Positions 1-8,454 of a stretch of 32,000 bases of DNA are shown piece after piece. The stretch is from the NCBI RefSeq assembly GCF_000446015.1, contig NC_022093.1, positions 240,001 through 272,000 of the forward strand, given 5' to 3'. The translations under genes were made by a program, and so were the position numbers. Source of the DNA: Thermofilum adornatum. Its GTDB lineage: Archaea; Thermoproteota; Thermoprotei; Thermofilales; Thermofilaceae. How positions within the stretch are numbered: the stretch's first letter is position 1; every line of letters begins with the position of its first letter. Under the pieces are notes generated by a model that saw only the letters and a program-made list of their open reading frames with translations, made no database searches and was not told where the DNA came from.

Positions 1-167
1 ATGTGGTTAAAGGCCGTCCTCGTGGCAAGTATTAGTTCCAGTCTATCTGAAGTTTCAAGGTCTTTTTCCATGCTTGTTACAGTGTCGAGGAACGTTTTCT
101 GCGCTTCTATCCAGTTTGTCAAGTTGTTTGCAAAGAGTTTTACGAATTCGCTCAAATAATTCACCAT
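1..167 (-). CDS. hypothetical protein, N-terminal part only (runs off window start)
   Basis: Minus-strand ATG at 167..165 opens a frame (MVNYLSEFVKLFANNLTNWIEAQKTFLDTVTSMEKDLETSDRLELILATRTAFNH...) with no stop before position 1. It lies 34 nt downstream of the AMP phosphorylase stop on the same strand. It is absent from the ORF track because it is open-ended. No family recognised. Confidence 0.4.
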   Translation of the reverse strand, partial: MVNYLSEFVKLFANNLTNWIEAQKTFLDTVTSMEKDLETSDRLELILATRTAFNH

Positions 168-200
168 GCTCTTTGTAGATTTTCTGTCTTAAAAGCTTGT

Positions 201-1736
201 TTATCTTTCGAGGGGCACTAGTCTGGTTGGCTGGTATTGTATTTTCTCTAATAGCATTCTTCTTCCAGCTGTTCTACCCACGAGGATGGGTGTGTTTTCT
301 TCTATGAGCTTCTCGACGAGTTGTAGCTTTGCACTGCTCGATGAATAGATAGTTATAAGTGGTTGTCCTTTCTTGACCTTCTCTCCGAGTTTTACGTGAA
401 TATATACTCCTGCCCCTTTGTCTATCGGCGCTCCAGCTGTTTTGCCAAGGGTTGCAAGGAAAGAGTTGTCAATATAGTAGACGAAGCCCGAGTCGTTTGC
501 ATGCAAGGTATATGTCTTGTCGCCGAGAGTTATGTCTTCTGGCTGTATGTTTGGATCCCCTCCTTGTGCCTCGATGATTTCGCGAAGCTTCTTTTCAGCT
601 TTTCCACTCTTCAAAGCCTCTATCGCCATCTCGTAGCCGTCTTTTTCGCCAACCATTTCCAAGAGTGTGCCTGCAAGGCTTGCAGCTTTGTCTACAAGAT
701 CTGGAGGGTTAAGAGTTTTTAATGCTTGAAGTGCTTCTCTTGCCTCCAAGGCTGGTCCTATCGCATGCCCAATGGGTTCCTCTGCATATGTGGCCACTGT
801 CTGGAGATTCATGTTTAGCATTTTCGCTATCTCGTGGAAGCTTTGTGAGATTCTTCGTGCCTCCTCGAGTGTCTTTACCTTTGTTCCTCTCCCAGTAGGG
901 ATGTCTAAAACAATGTGTGTAGACCCGACGGCTAGCTTTTTTGCAAGGATGGATGGTATAAAGAAGGGGTCTATTCCCAAAGGGTATTCAACCCTTATTA
1001 TGATGTCGTCTGCTGGCGCCAGATTCAGAGAACCACCCCACACGATGCACCCGTTAGTTTTGTGTATTATTTCCTCGATTTCCTCTATCGAGAAGGTCAC
1101 TGGTGCTAAAACCTCCATCCTGTCTGCTGTTCCAGCTGCCGAGGTTATTGCCCTTGAGGAAGTTTTTGGTATGGTGTATCCTAGAGAGGCAATTATTGGA
1201 ACAACTAAAAGACTGGTCTTGTCTCCTGGCACTCCTCCCAAACTATGCTTGTCAAGTATTGGCTTCTTTTTAAGGTTTAGTGTTTGCCCCGTATTTACCA
1301 TGGAGATTGTGAAGTCATAGATCTCGGAGGGAACCATTCCCTGGAAGTGAACTGCTGTAACGAATGCCGCTAGTTCTAGCTCGCTTAGTTTTCCCTCGAC
1401 AATATCTTTAACCAGGAGATAGATTTCGTCAGACTCAAGTTTTAGGCCTTGGAGTTTTTTCCTTATTATCTGGAGGGAAAGTGGTGGGCTTGTTGCCTCT
1501 ACCTCGACTTCGTCTCCTTCGGATATGCCTAAGACCCTCGCCAGGTTTGTATAAATTCCTATGGAGTCGATTGGGAAATCCTTTGCCGTATTGACGATCG
1601 CTGTTAATGAACGCCCGTTAAACCTGACAATTACGCGATCCCCTAGCTTGACGTCAAGCTTCTTTGCTACATTATGGTCAAGTATAACAGTAAAATTCGC
1701 CGATTCAAATGGAAGCAAGCGAGTTTTCAGCTTCAT
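201..1736 (-). CDS. AMP phosphorylase (archaeal thymidine-phosphorylase-family enzyme with N-terminal extension)
   Basis: Glycosyltransferase family 3 / pyrimidine-nucleoside phosphorylase motifs KHSLGGVPGDKTS and TSSRAITSAAGTADRMEVL. About 85 aa N-terminal extra domain and about 510 aa length, typical of archaeal AMPpase. The track start at 1751 is TTG; the ATG at 1736 (MKLKTRLL) is preferred. Confidence 0.85.
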   Translation of the reverse strand: MKLKTRLLPFESANFTVILDHNVAKKLDVKLGDRVIVRFNGRSLTAIVNTAKDFPIDSIGIYTNLARVLGISEGDEVEVEATSPPLSLQIIRKKLQGLKLESDEIYLLVKDIVEGKLSELELAAFVTAVHFQGMVPSEIYDFTISMVNTGQTLNLKKKPILDKHSLGGVPGDKTSLLVVPIIASLGYTIPKTSSRAITSAAGTADRMEVLAPVTFSIEEIEEIIHKTNGCIVWGGSLNLAPADDIIIRVEYPLGIDPFFIPSILAKKLAVGSTHIVLDIPTGRGTKVKTLEEARRISQSFHEIAKMLNMNLQTVATYAEEPIGHAIGPALEAREALQALKTLNPPDLVDKAASLAGTLLEMVGEKDGYEMAIEALKSGKAEKKLREIIEAQGGDPNIQPEDITLGDKTYTLHANDSGFVYYIDNSFLATLGKTAGAPIDKGAGVYIHVKLGEKVKKGQPLITIYSSSSAKLQLVEKLIEENTPILVGRTAGRRMLLEKIQYQPTRLVPLER

Positions 1737-1808
1737 GGGTAGCCACCGCAAGGAAAGGGAATTTTATTATCCACAAGGTAATATATTAACTTTTCCCTCT
1801 AAAAATAA

Positions 1809-1816
1809 TTTAAATA
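1809..1816 (+). promoter_or_regulatory. TATA-box-like element for aor (TTTAAATA)
   Basis: TTTAAATA lies 24-31 nt upstream of the aor ATG at 1840 in an AT-rich divergent spacer. The spacing fits an archaeal leaderless or short-leader promoter. Confidence 0.45.
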
Positions 1817-1839
1817 CAAGAGTTGCAAATTAGTAATGT

Positions 1840-3684
1840 ATGACAACAAAAGGTTGGTGGGGGAAGCTTTTATGGATTGACCTTTCCCGCAGAGAGGCGA
1901 AACAGGTAGAAATCGACAAAAACCTTCTATCAAGCTACGTTGGCGGGAGGGGGCTGGCTGTCAGGCTCCTATGGGACTATACGCGCCCCGGGATCGACCC
2001 ACTTTCACCCGAGAACCTCCTTATTGTAGCTATAGGACCCATTACTGGCTTGCCTGGACCCAGCACTGGAAAAGTTGTCGTTGCAGCGAAAAGCCCGTTG
2101 ACACATGGCTATGGCGATGGTAATCTAGGCTCAAGGACGGCTGTAATGCTCAAGAAGGCTGGGTTTGATGCAGTAGTTTTCTCTGGCAAATCCGAGAAGC
2201 CTTCCTATGTCTATATCGAGAACGAGAAAGTAGAAATAAACAATGCAGATGACTTATGGGGTCTAGATACATTTACTGCTGAGAAAAGGCTCCTGGAGAG
2301 ACATGGCAAGGATGCCGGCGTTCTCCTCATTGGCCCTTCGGGAGAGCGAAAGGTAAAGATGGCGACTATAATCTCTCAGATGGGTAGAAGCGGCGGCAGG
2401 CCGGGAATTGGAGCCGTAATGGGTAGCAAAAACTTGAAGGCGATAGTTGTACGTGGCACTAGAGACCCGCCAGTAGACGACCTCAAATCATTGAGGGAGA
2501 CAGCGGCCAAAGCCTATATTGAGGCCAAAAACAAGCCGGCATATCCCTTCTGGATAAGACAGGGAACGATGGCTACGATCCAATGGTCCCAAGAGAACAG
2601 CGTCCTGCCCACCTACAACTTTAGTGAGGGAGTCTTCGACGAGAGTAGCGGTATAGATGGCTTCACAATGGAAAAGATGAAAGTCTCGCAGAGGGGTTGC
2701 CCCAACTGTAACTCTATTTGTGGAAACGTTGTACTGGACGCTAGCGGCGAAGAGTCCGAGCTTGACTATGAAAACGTTGCAATGCTTGGCTCCAATATTG
2801 GGCTTGGAGATCTGAAAAAGGTAGCCCAGCTTAACAGGTTAGCCGATATGTGGGGTATAGACACGATTGGATTGGGTTCAGCCATCGGCTTTGCGATCGA
2901 GGCTTCTCAGAAGGGATTTATAAATGAAAAGATGGAATGGGGAGACTTTCCGAAAATTCTGGAACTAGCTGAGGACATAGCATTGAGGAGGACAAAGCTT
3001 GGTGACGACCTGGCAGAAGGACTGGTACATGCCTCCAGCGTTTATGGATGCGAGGAATGCGCTATTCACGTTAAGGGTCTAAGCGTCAGTGCATACGACT
3101 GCCACGCCGCTCCTGGTATGGCGCTTTCATATGGCGTTAGTAGCGTGGGTGCACATCATAAAGATGCATGGGTTATATCGTGGGAGGTCTCTCATGGAAG
3201 GTTTGCCTATTCTCCGGAAAAAGCCAAAAAGGTTCTTGAGTTGCAGAAGATACGAGGCGGATTTTTCGAGAACATAGTGGCATGCAGACTGCCCTGGGTA
3301 GAGCTCGGCCTAGAGCTGGACTGGTATGTAAAGCTGTTTAACTTTGCTACAGGCCTAAGGTGGAGGCTTGACGATCACATGGTAGTAGCCGAAAGGACTC
3401 TGACTCTTATAAGAAGCTACTGGGTACGAGAATACCACGCAGAAGGCAGGACATGGAATAGGAAAATGGATTATCCCCCAATCAAATGGTTCACAAGGCC
3501 TTACACGCGTGGACCACTTAAGGGGGCAAGGCTAGACCCACAAAAATACGACGAACTCTTAGGGTACTATTATGAGCTTCTGGGCTGGGACCATAGAGGT
3601 ATTCCTAGAGCCTCGACTCTGAGAAGGCTTGGGCTTGGCGACGTAGAGAGCACCCTTGGAAAAATAATTGAATTAACGAACTGA
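1840..3684 (+). CDS. aor: aldehyde:ferredoxin oxidoreductase family (tungstopterin enzyme)
   Basis: 614 aa. N-terminus GWWGKLLWIDLS...YVGGRGLA is typical of the AOR/FOR family. The [4Fe-4S] motif CPNCNSIC (CxxCxxxC) plus a distal Cys (NIVACRLPW) is present, and the length matches the family. Confidence 0.9.
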   Translation: MTTKGWWGKLLWIDLSRREAKQVEIDKNLLSSYVGGRGLAVRLLWDYTRPGIDPLSPENLLIVAIGPITGLPGPSTGKVVVAAKSPLTHGYGDGNLGSRTAVMLKKAGFDAVVFSGKSEKPSYVYIENEKVEINNADDLWGLDTFTAEKRLLERHGKDAGVLLIGPSGERKVKMATIISQMGRSGGRPGIGAVMGSKNLKAIVVRGTRDPPVDDLKSLRETAAKAYIEAKNKPAYPFWIRQGTMATIQWSQENSVLPTYNFSEGVFDESSGIDGFTMEKMKVSQRGCPNCNSICGNVVLDASGEESELDYENVAMLGSNIGLGDLKKVAQLNRLADMWGIDTIGLGSAIGFAIEASQKGFINEKMEWGDFPKILELAEDIALRRTKLGDDLAEGLVHASSVYGCEECAIHVKGLSVSAYDCHAAPGMALSYGVSSVGAHHKDAWVISWEVSHGRFAYSPEKAKKVLELQKIRGGFFENIVACRLPWVELGLELDWYVKLFNFATGLRWRLDDHMVVAERTLTLIRSYWVREYHAEGRTWNRKMDYPPIKWFTRPYTRGPLKGARLDPQKYDELLGYYYELLGWDHRGIPRASTLRRLGLGDVESTLGKIIELTN

Positions 3685-3689
3685 GTCAC

Positions 3690-3926
3690 ATGGGCTCTGG
3701 GCAAGTAAAAATAGTATTTTTTGGCTTTTTAATCGACTTTTTCAAGGGACGCGAACATATCTTTGAGGTAGATTCGCCCGTTAAAATAAGAGACCTGCTA
3801 AGAAAAATTTCTCCAAATTTTAATTTTGAAGTAGTTGTCGTCGTAAATGACTACCCAGCCACGATGGATTCTTATGCTAGACCAGGCGACATTGTAAAGG
3901 TTTTTCCACACATTGGTGGAGGGTAA
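3690..3926 (+). CDS. MoaD/ThiS-family small beta-grasp protein with C-terminal Gly-Gly
   Basis: 78 aa, starts 5 nt after the aor stop and ends ...VKVFPHIGGG. Size and terminal GG are characteristic of sulfur-carrier / ubiquitin-like MoaD-ThiS-SAMP proteins. Confidence 0.7.
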   Translation: MGSGQVKIVFFGFLIDFFKGREHIFEVDSPVKIRDLLRKISPNFNFEVVVVVNDYPATMDSYARPGDIVKVFPHIGGG

Positions 3927-3963
3927 CCGAAAACTTTACCTTTTTTACTCCGCTAAAAAAGTT

Positions 3964-4374
3964 ATGACATGCGTATCCGAGGATTTTTTGGCAAGAATCA
4001 TCAGCATCCTATATCAGAAACTAACTCTCTCAGCTGGCCAAATAGCGATTGCCAGTAGAGTCTTAGCTCAGGAAGCCTTTGAAGAAAAGGCAAAGGAAGG
4101 AAAAAGGAGCCTAGATGAAGCCATAAGGCTAGCTACCCATTATTTGGGTGTGTCAGCCGAGTACTCGAAGGAAAACGACGCGCTTAAAATATCGATAAGC
4201 CCAAAACAAAACGTTTGTCCCTTGCAAGAAATATGTCCACTGCCCTTCTTTTACTCGGAAGCCATAAATCTCTTGAGCGAGTGGAAAAGCTACCCGATTA
4301 GAAGTTCCAATAACAAGTTAGTGGAGACTTCAAGTGGCAAGTGCTTTTTCCAGCTGAGACTATATGGAGACTAG
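3964..4374 (+). CDS. hypothetical protein, possible V4R-like (4-vinyl reductase type) small-molecule-binding domain
   Basis: The ORF track starts at TTG 3913, overlapping the moaD-like gene; ATG 3964 (MTCVSEDF...) is preferred. The C-terminal half has a Cys pattern (NVCPLQEICP...SSGKCFFQL) reminiscent of V4R domains. Assignment is weak. Confidence 0.35.
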   Translation: MTCVSEDFLARIISILYQKLTLSAGQIAIASRVLAQEAFEEKAKEGKRSLDEAIRLATHYLGVSAEYSKENDALKISISPKQNVCPLQEICPLPFFYSEAINLLSEWKSYPIRSSNNKLVETSSGKCFFQLRLYGD

Positions 4375-4774
4375 CTCTAGAAAAACTCCTATCATTCACA
4401 GGCCTTGGCTTTACTGTTTCAAGTGTGGCTTATGTTGCCATTCTACAGAGATGATACTTTTAGAAAGTGATTTAAAACGCATATCCCAATATACTGGCCT
4501 AGATCCCGAAGAATTCAGTGTGAAGAAAGGCAGGTTCCGCGTCTTAAAAAATGTTGATGGAAGATGTTTCTTTTATGACCAAAAGAATGGAACATGTAGA
4601 ATTTATGCCGCGCGGCCTATAGGGTGTAGCCTCTATCCCTTGGTCTTATCGGAGGATGGCCATGTAGAGGTTGACGATTACTGTCCTCTCAGCAGACTTA
4701 TTCCTAGTTATGAAAAGAGAAAAGCAAAGTTATTAGGAGGTGAGATACTTAGGGAGCTATTCAGCCGAGGATAG
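4364..4774 (+). CDS. YkgJ/UPF0153-family Cys-cluster (Zn/Fe-chelating) protein
   Basis: CxxCxxCC signature (CFKCGLCC) followed by DGRCFFYD...GTCRIYAARPIGCSLYP, the typical second half of the family. It overlaps the previous gene by 11 nt. Confidence 0.7.
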   Translation: METSSRKTPIIHRPWLYCFKCGLCCHSTEMILLESDLKRISQYTGLDPEEFSVKKGRFRVLKNVDGRCFFYDQKNGTCRIYAARPIGCSLYPLVLSEDGHVEVDDYCPLSRLIPSYEKRKAKLLGGEILRELFSRG

Positions 4775-5441
4775 TAACCTCAACTGTGTCGCCATCTTTC
4801 AAGTGAAGCTCGTCACGGAGGCGTACAGGGGCAATTAATTCGAGTATTTCGTCTCCGTGCTTTGTTTTATCAATATCCAGGGCTCCGCCACTTATCGATA
4901 CTCCGTTCCCCATGATTATAGCCTTGTAGACTGTCACTCCTCCATATTCTTCCCTATTTGTTTTGTATGGATTAATCCTGAAACCAATTTTCTTTTCACG
5001 AAGAGTTTGCCTCAAAGGAATATCTTCCTCAACAAGCCTAATATTAAGCGTGCCTGGATATGGCTCAAATCCTAGTATCTCCTTAAATGCTTCAACATAC
5101 ATGGGTATGCTCATATAGATTGCTCCCTCCCCCAGACCTGGCACTACTTGTCCTCTAAGAACCGTTGCGTTCGCATAGTTAAGGACTCTTCTCAGGTCAT
5201 CGTAGACTCTCGAGAGGAGGTCGCGACCCCTCTGTGTTATAGCAAAGTATACTCGTCTGCCAAAATATTTTTTCTCAATGTAGCCCTCCTCTTCAGCAAT
5301 GTCGAGCAGTTTACGCAGTTTCCAAGGGGTAGTACCCATACTCTTAAGTATCTCCACCTTGCTTATCCTTTTTGGGCCTGACAAACAACTCCGCTTTGCG
5401 AGCTCGATTAAAAGGGGGAGCACTTCATACTCGTTAGACAT
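4761..5441 (-). CDS. ribK: CTP-dependent archaeal riboflavin kinase fused to N-terminal winged-HTH domain (RbkR-type bifunctional regulator/kinase)
   Basis: The C-terminal 130 aa carry MJ0056-type kinase motifs (PGLGEGAIYMS, PYPGTLNIRL, GGALDIDKTKHGDEILELIAP). The N-terminal 90 aa look like a wHTH (ISKVEILKSMGTTPWKLRKLLDIAEEEGYIEKK). Confidence 0.8.
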   Translation of the reverse strand: MSNEYEVLPLLIELAKRSCLSGPKRISKVEILKSMGTTPWKLRKLLDIAEEEGYIEKKYFGRRVYFAITQRGRDLLSRVYDDLRRVLNYANATVLRGQVVPGLGEGAIYMSIPMYVEAFKEILGFEPYPGTLNIRLVEEDIPLRQTLREKKIGFRINPYKTNREEYGGVTVYKAIIMGNGVSISGGALDIDKTKHGDEILELIAPVRLRDELHLKDGDTVEVTILG

Positions 5442-5496
5442 ATGGTGCTTTCGACGTCCATCTATAATAATTTTTTAGTTCAATAGGTAGAGAGCG

Positions 5497-5901
5497 CTAT
5501 TTCGGATATGCCATTAGAACGAGAAATTCTCGTTTGTCTGAGTATGTTTTTAGCAATAGTATTATTGTCAAGCATATAATCGTGTAAATTGTAATTATGA
5601 CCCAAGCATAATTCATTACGAGGTTTAGAAGGAAACTTACACTTGCGAATAAAGGTATAAAGCCTGCAATTTTTCCATTAGTTTTGCTTGAATCGTCCAG
5701 CACAATTTCTGCTACATAATACAGGGAAGATACCCCAAAGAATAGGGAGGCTATGACTGGTGGAAGGATTGCTAGAGTCGTGTTTCCCAGAAAAATAAAT
5801 GGCGAGAAAATAATGTAGCAAATTATCAACAAGTTGATGCTTTTCTCTGCTAGTATAATTGTTGTGTCAAGTATGTCGCTGAATCCTTCGAATGACATCA
5901 T
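5497..5901 (-). CDS. small integral membrane protein, unknown function
   Basis: 134 aa with about 4 hydrophobic segments (LLIICYIIFSPFIFL, ILPPVIASLFFGV, FIPLFASVSFLLNLV, VIITIYTIICLTIILLL). No family recognised. Confidence 0.5.
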   Translation of the reverse strand: MMSFEGFSDILDTTIILAEKSINLLIICYIIFSPFIFLGNTTLAILPPVIASLFFGVSSLYYVAEIVLDDSSKTNGKIAGFIPLFASVSFLLNLVMNYAWVIITIYTIICLTIILLLKTYSDKREFLVLMAYPK

Positions 5902-5989
5902 TTTTAGGAGAACGTAAGCATATTTCTTTTATATGGATAGAAATTTTAGATAATGACTTCTCTTATACAGATGTAGTACGGTGGTGTGA

Positions 5990-6556
5990 GTGGATGATTA
6001 TCATGTCAGGATATACGGGGTGAACATTGAAGAAGAAACATTGCTGTGGCTGAAGAGCCGAATCGAGAAAGTACTCAATGTCACAATAACAATAAATACA
6101 AAAGACGTAACCCCCGGCTTTGTCCTTAAATTTCTAGACGAGGAGCGGGACCAGATAGATGCCGAACTACTAATAGAGGCCTTAATGGAAAAGATTGGAG
6201 TTGCTCCAACCCAGCGTGTCCTGGTAATTATTGCGGCAGATGGCTACGTTGAGGGTTTGAACTTTGTTTTCGGGGTTGCCAAAAACGAGTGGGGAGGCAT
6301 TGTTTTTACCGAACGATTGAATCCTGCATTTTATGGAGAAGCATACTCGGAGGAGCTGTATAGAATGCGGATTTTAAAAGAAGTTCTCCATGAATTCGGG
6401 CACAGTCTGGGCCTGGAACACTGCAGAGAAAACTGCGTAATGAGGTTTAGCAATTCGGTCTACGATGTAGATGCCAAGCCTACTTTCTTTTGCAAAAAAT
6501 GCCTTGCAAAGCTAAACTTTTCCCATCCTGGGATCATCAGAGCAATTCAATCTTGA
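5990..6556 (+). CDS. amzA: archaemetzincin (Zn metallopeptidase)
   Basis: Signature HEFGHSLGLEHCRENCVM (HExxHxxGxxHCxxxxCxM) plus the C-terminal CKKC pair. GTG start, immediately preceded by an in-frame TGA. Confidence 0.85.
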   Translation: MDDYHVRIYGVNIEEETLLWLKSRIEKVLNVTITINTKDVTPGFVLKFLDEERDQIDAELLIEALMEKIGVAPTQRVLVIIAADGYVEGLNFVFGVAKNEWGGIVFTERLNPAFYGEAYSEELYRMRILKEVLHEFGHSLGLEHCRENCVMRFSNSVYDVDAKPTFFCKKCLAKLNFSHPGIIRAIQS

Positions 6557-6564
6557 TTCTTCCT

Positions 6565-7302
6565 TTAAGAGATTCCAAAAAGTTTTCTAAGTATACCCGT
6601 AGATTTTATAAAATCTATTGGTAACATTTCCCAGAAGATTCCAGGCGGTTTCTTATACTTGCCACTGCTGACCCTTATTAGTCCTGATGGAGAGGCTATC
6701 ATATCTACTGGGACATCGTGAATAAGCATAGGTATGGGCTCATTTATTATCTGGGTGTCGTGGACAAGAGTAACTATAGGTGTAGCCGCCGTTATTGAGT
6801 ATGTTTCTCGAAGAATAGCATATTCAAGGTCATACAAACCGTCTCCTCGGCCAAGACGAGCTCCATCATTATTAACAGCGACACTGCCTAAAACGACAAG
6901 GTCTATCTTTATGTTTTCGAGGAACGGTATTTTTTCTCCTCTCCTAACAGCCCCCTTCATTGAAGAGACATATCTAATTTCGGATGCCTTAAATACTGCT
7001 GGATCTAGCAGAATATATCCTCTTAGCCCCGGGATAGAGATAACTAGTTTTTTGCCATGCCTGAGTGCTTCTTCCCTGAGGAGTCTTGTTGAGACGTCTG
7101 GGGTCGTATATATCGTGGTTGCCGTCCTAAACGCCTCCGTCTTTATTATTCTCTGTGTGGCGCTGTGGAGACCTACGAATCCAGGTATTTTGCCGTAGCA
7201 GGGCCGAGGGGCAGTCACGACTTCCATAGATTCCATCTTGCTCCATATCATTCTTCTGAGAGCTGCTTTTTTCTCGAAAGCTTCCCTGTTCATGCTAGAC
7301 AT
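6565..7302 (-). CDS. 5-formyltetrahydrofolate cyclo-ligase family protein
   Basis: N-terminal KKAALRRMIWSKM helix and the C-terminal nucleotide-binding motif DGARLGRGDGLYDLEYAIL, typical of the MTHFS/5-FCL family. Confidence 0.65.
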   Translation of the reverse strand: MSSMNREAFEKKAALRRMIWSKMESMEVVTAPRPCYGKIPGFVGLHSATQRIIKTEAFRTATTIYTTPDVSTRLLREEALRHGKKLVISIPGLRGYILLDPAVFKASEIRYVSSMKGAVRRGEKIPFLENIKIDLVVLGSVAVNNDGARLGRGDGLYDLEYAILRETYSITAATPIVTLVHDTQIINEPIPMLIHDVPVDMIASPSGLIRVSSGKYKKPPGIFWEMLPIDFIKSTGILRKLFGIS

Positions 7303-7420
7303 TTTAATCCTCTATGTTTTTATGGAGATAGAAATTAACGTTTTTGTTTTGTTATTTTAATTTGTCCTACAAACATCATGCTGGCTTCATTTGAACAGGT
7401 TATTAACGTAGTAAGCTACA

Positions 7421-7678
7421 ATGATACTGATGACGCAAAGACCAGAAATGTCTAAAAGCTTCTATATAACGGAAAGAGGAGACTATACATCAATAACAAA
7501 GATAGTAAGCGTGAAGCTTCCAGTGGGCTTGATAGACGCTTTGGACGAGTTGATCCAGAGAGGATACTTCCAGAATAGGAGCGATGCAATAAGAGAAGCC
7601 ATTAGGAAACTTTTGACGAACTACCGTGAGCTCGACAGCCAAAAAATTAGTAGTGGCTTGATGATAGGCCTACGATAG
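7421..7678 (+). CDS. CopG/ribbon-helix-helix transcriptional regulator
   Basis: RHH pattern KIVSVKLPVGLIDALDELIQRGYFQNRSDAIREAIRKLL. The true start may be the internal Met at 7448. Confidence 0.7.
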   Translation: MILMTQRPEMSKSFYITERGDYTSITKIVSVKLPVGLIDALDELIQRGYFQNRSDAIREAIRKLLTNYRELDSQKISSGLMIGLR

Positions 7679-7711
7679 AAAAACAAGTTTTCTTTTTCTA
7701 TTTTGATCTTT

Positions 7712-8038
7712 TCATGATACTTTTGAGCCTACTTTTACTTCCTTGTCTGGTACAAGTAGCACTGGCTTGTCGTCTTCTACTGCAGCCAGCAACATTCCCT
7801 GCGAGATGAAGCCCATTATTGTCCTCGGCTGGAGGTTGGCTAGGACTACTACTTCTTTCCCTACAAGTTCTTCTGGCTTATAGTACTGTGCAATACCTGC
7901 GACGATTTGGCGTTGCTCTGTTCCAAGGTCCACCTTGAGGAGTAAAAGCTTGTCGCTACGCTTGATTGGTTCAGCGGATAGTATTTTTCCAACCCTGATG
8001 TCTAGTTTTTGAAAGTCGTTGATTGTTATTTGTGACAT
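7712..8038 (-). CDS. tRNA-binding domain protein (Trbp111/CsaA-like OB fold)
   Basis: 108 aa. FQKLDIRVGKILSAEPI...LLLLKVDLG...RQIVAGIAQYY.PEELVGK.VVVLANLQPR...G..SQGMLLAA matches the stand-alone tRNA-binding domain shared with the MetRS C-terminus. Confidence 0.8.
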   Translation of the reverse strand: MSQITINDFQKLDIRVGKILSAEPIKRSDKLLLLKVDLGTEQRQIVAGIAQYYKPEELVGKEVVVLANLQPRTIMGFISQGMLLAAVEDDKPVLLVPDKEVKVGSKVS

Positions 8039-8098
8039 ATTGTTTTAAGCGAGCTGGGGGTTAATTTTTATTTCTGGGGTTTTCGTATATATGTATAG

Positions 8099-8416
8099 GT
8101 GTTGGTCTTGAGTAGTAGTCAAGGCATTGACAGGGACAAGAGAATAATATTTACAGAGGCCGATTTGATCCTCCTATGTCTACTGGATGGGGAGAAAAAG
8201 ATAACTGATTTACGGCCGCAGACAGGTCTATCGACGACGTCTATCTATAACAACGTTAAAAGGTTGCTTGACTTGGGCCTGATAGAGGATGATAGGAAGG
8301 GAAGTCCAGGAAACAGAATACTCAAGCTGACGGACAAGGGTTATAGGGTGGCTAGGCTACTGAAGATCCTGAAAGACGAGCTAACTCCCAAAGAGGTTGA
8401 GTTAAGGCCAGAGTAG
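8099..8416 (+). CDS. winged-HTH DNA-binding protein
   Basis: 105 aa, GTG start and no internal Met. A TATA-like TTTTTATTT lies about 25-30 nt upstream. HTH region ITDLRPQTGLSTTSIYNNVKRLLDLGLIEDD. Confidence 0.55.
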   Translation: MLVLSSSQGIDRDKRIIFTEADLILLCLLDGEKKITDLRPQTGLSTTSIYNNVKRLLDLGLIEDDRKGSPGNRILKLTDKGYRVARLLKILKDELTPKEVELRPE

Positions 8417-8454
8417 AAAAGACATAAATAAGCCAAAGTTCAGAATTTCTATTG

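Noticed and set aside
363-1833. Plus-strand ORFs of 119, 182 and 90 aa inside the AMP phosphorylase gene
   Set aside because: They are antisense to a motif-supported CDS. The same applies to the many other 60-160 aa antisense ORFs in the track, for example within aor, the 5-FCL-family gene, eno, accC, the DegT gene and the NP-I gene.
7334-7409. Direct repeat ATTAACGT (7334..7341 and 7402..7409) in the divergent spacer upstream of the CopG-like gene
   Set aside because: There are only two copies of an AT-rich 8-mer in a roughly 120-nt AT-rich spacer. My rough chance expectation is of order 0.1 or higher, and there is no dyad symmetry. That is not enough to call an operator.
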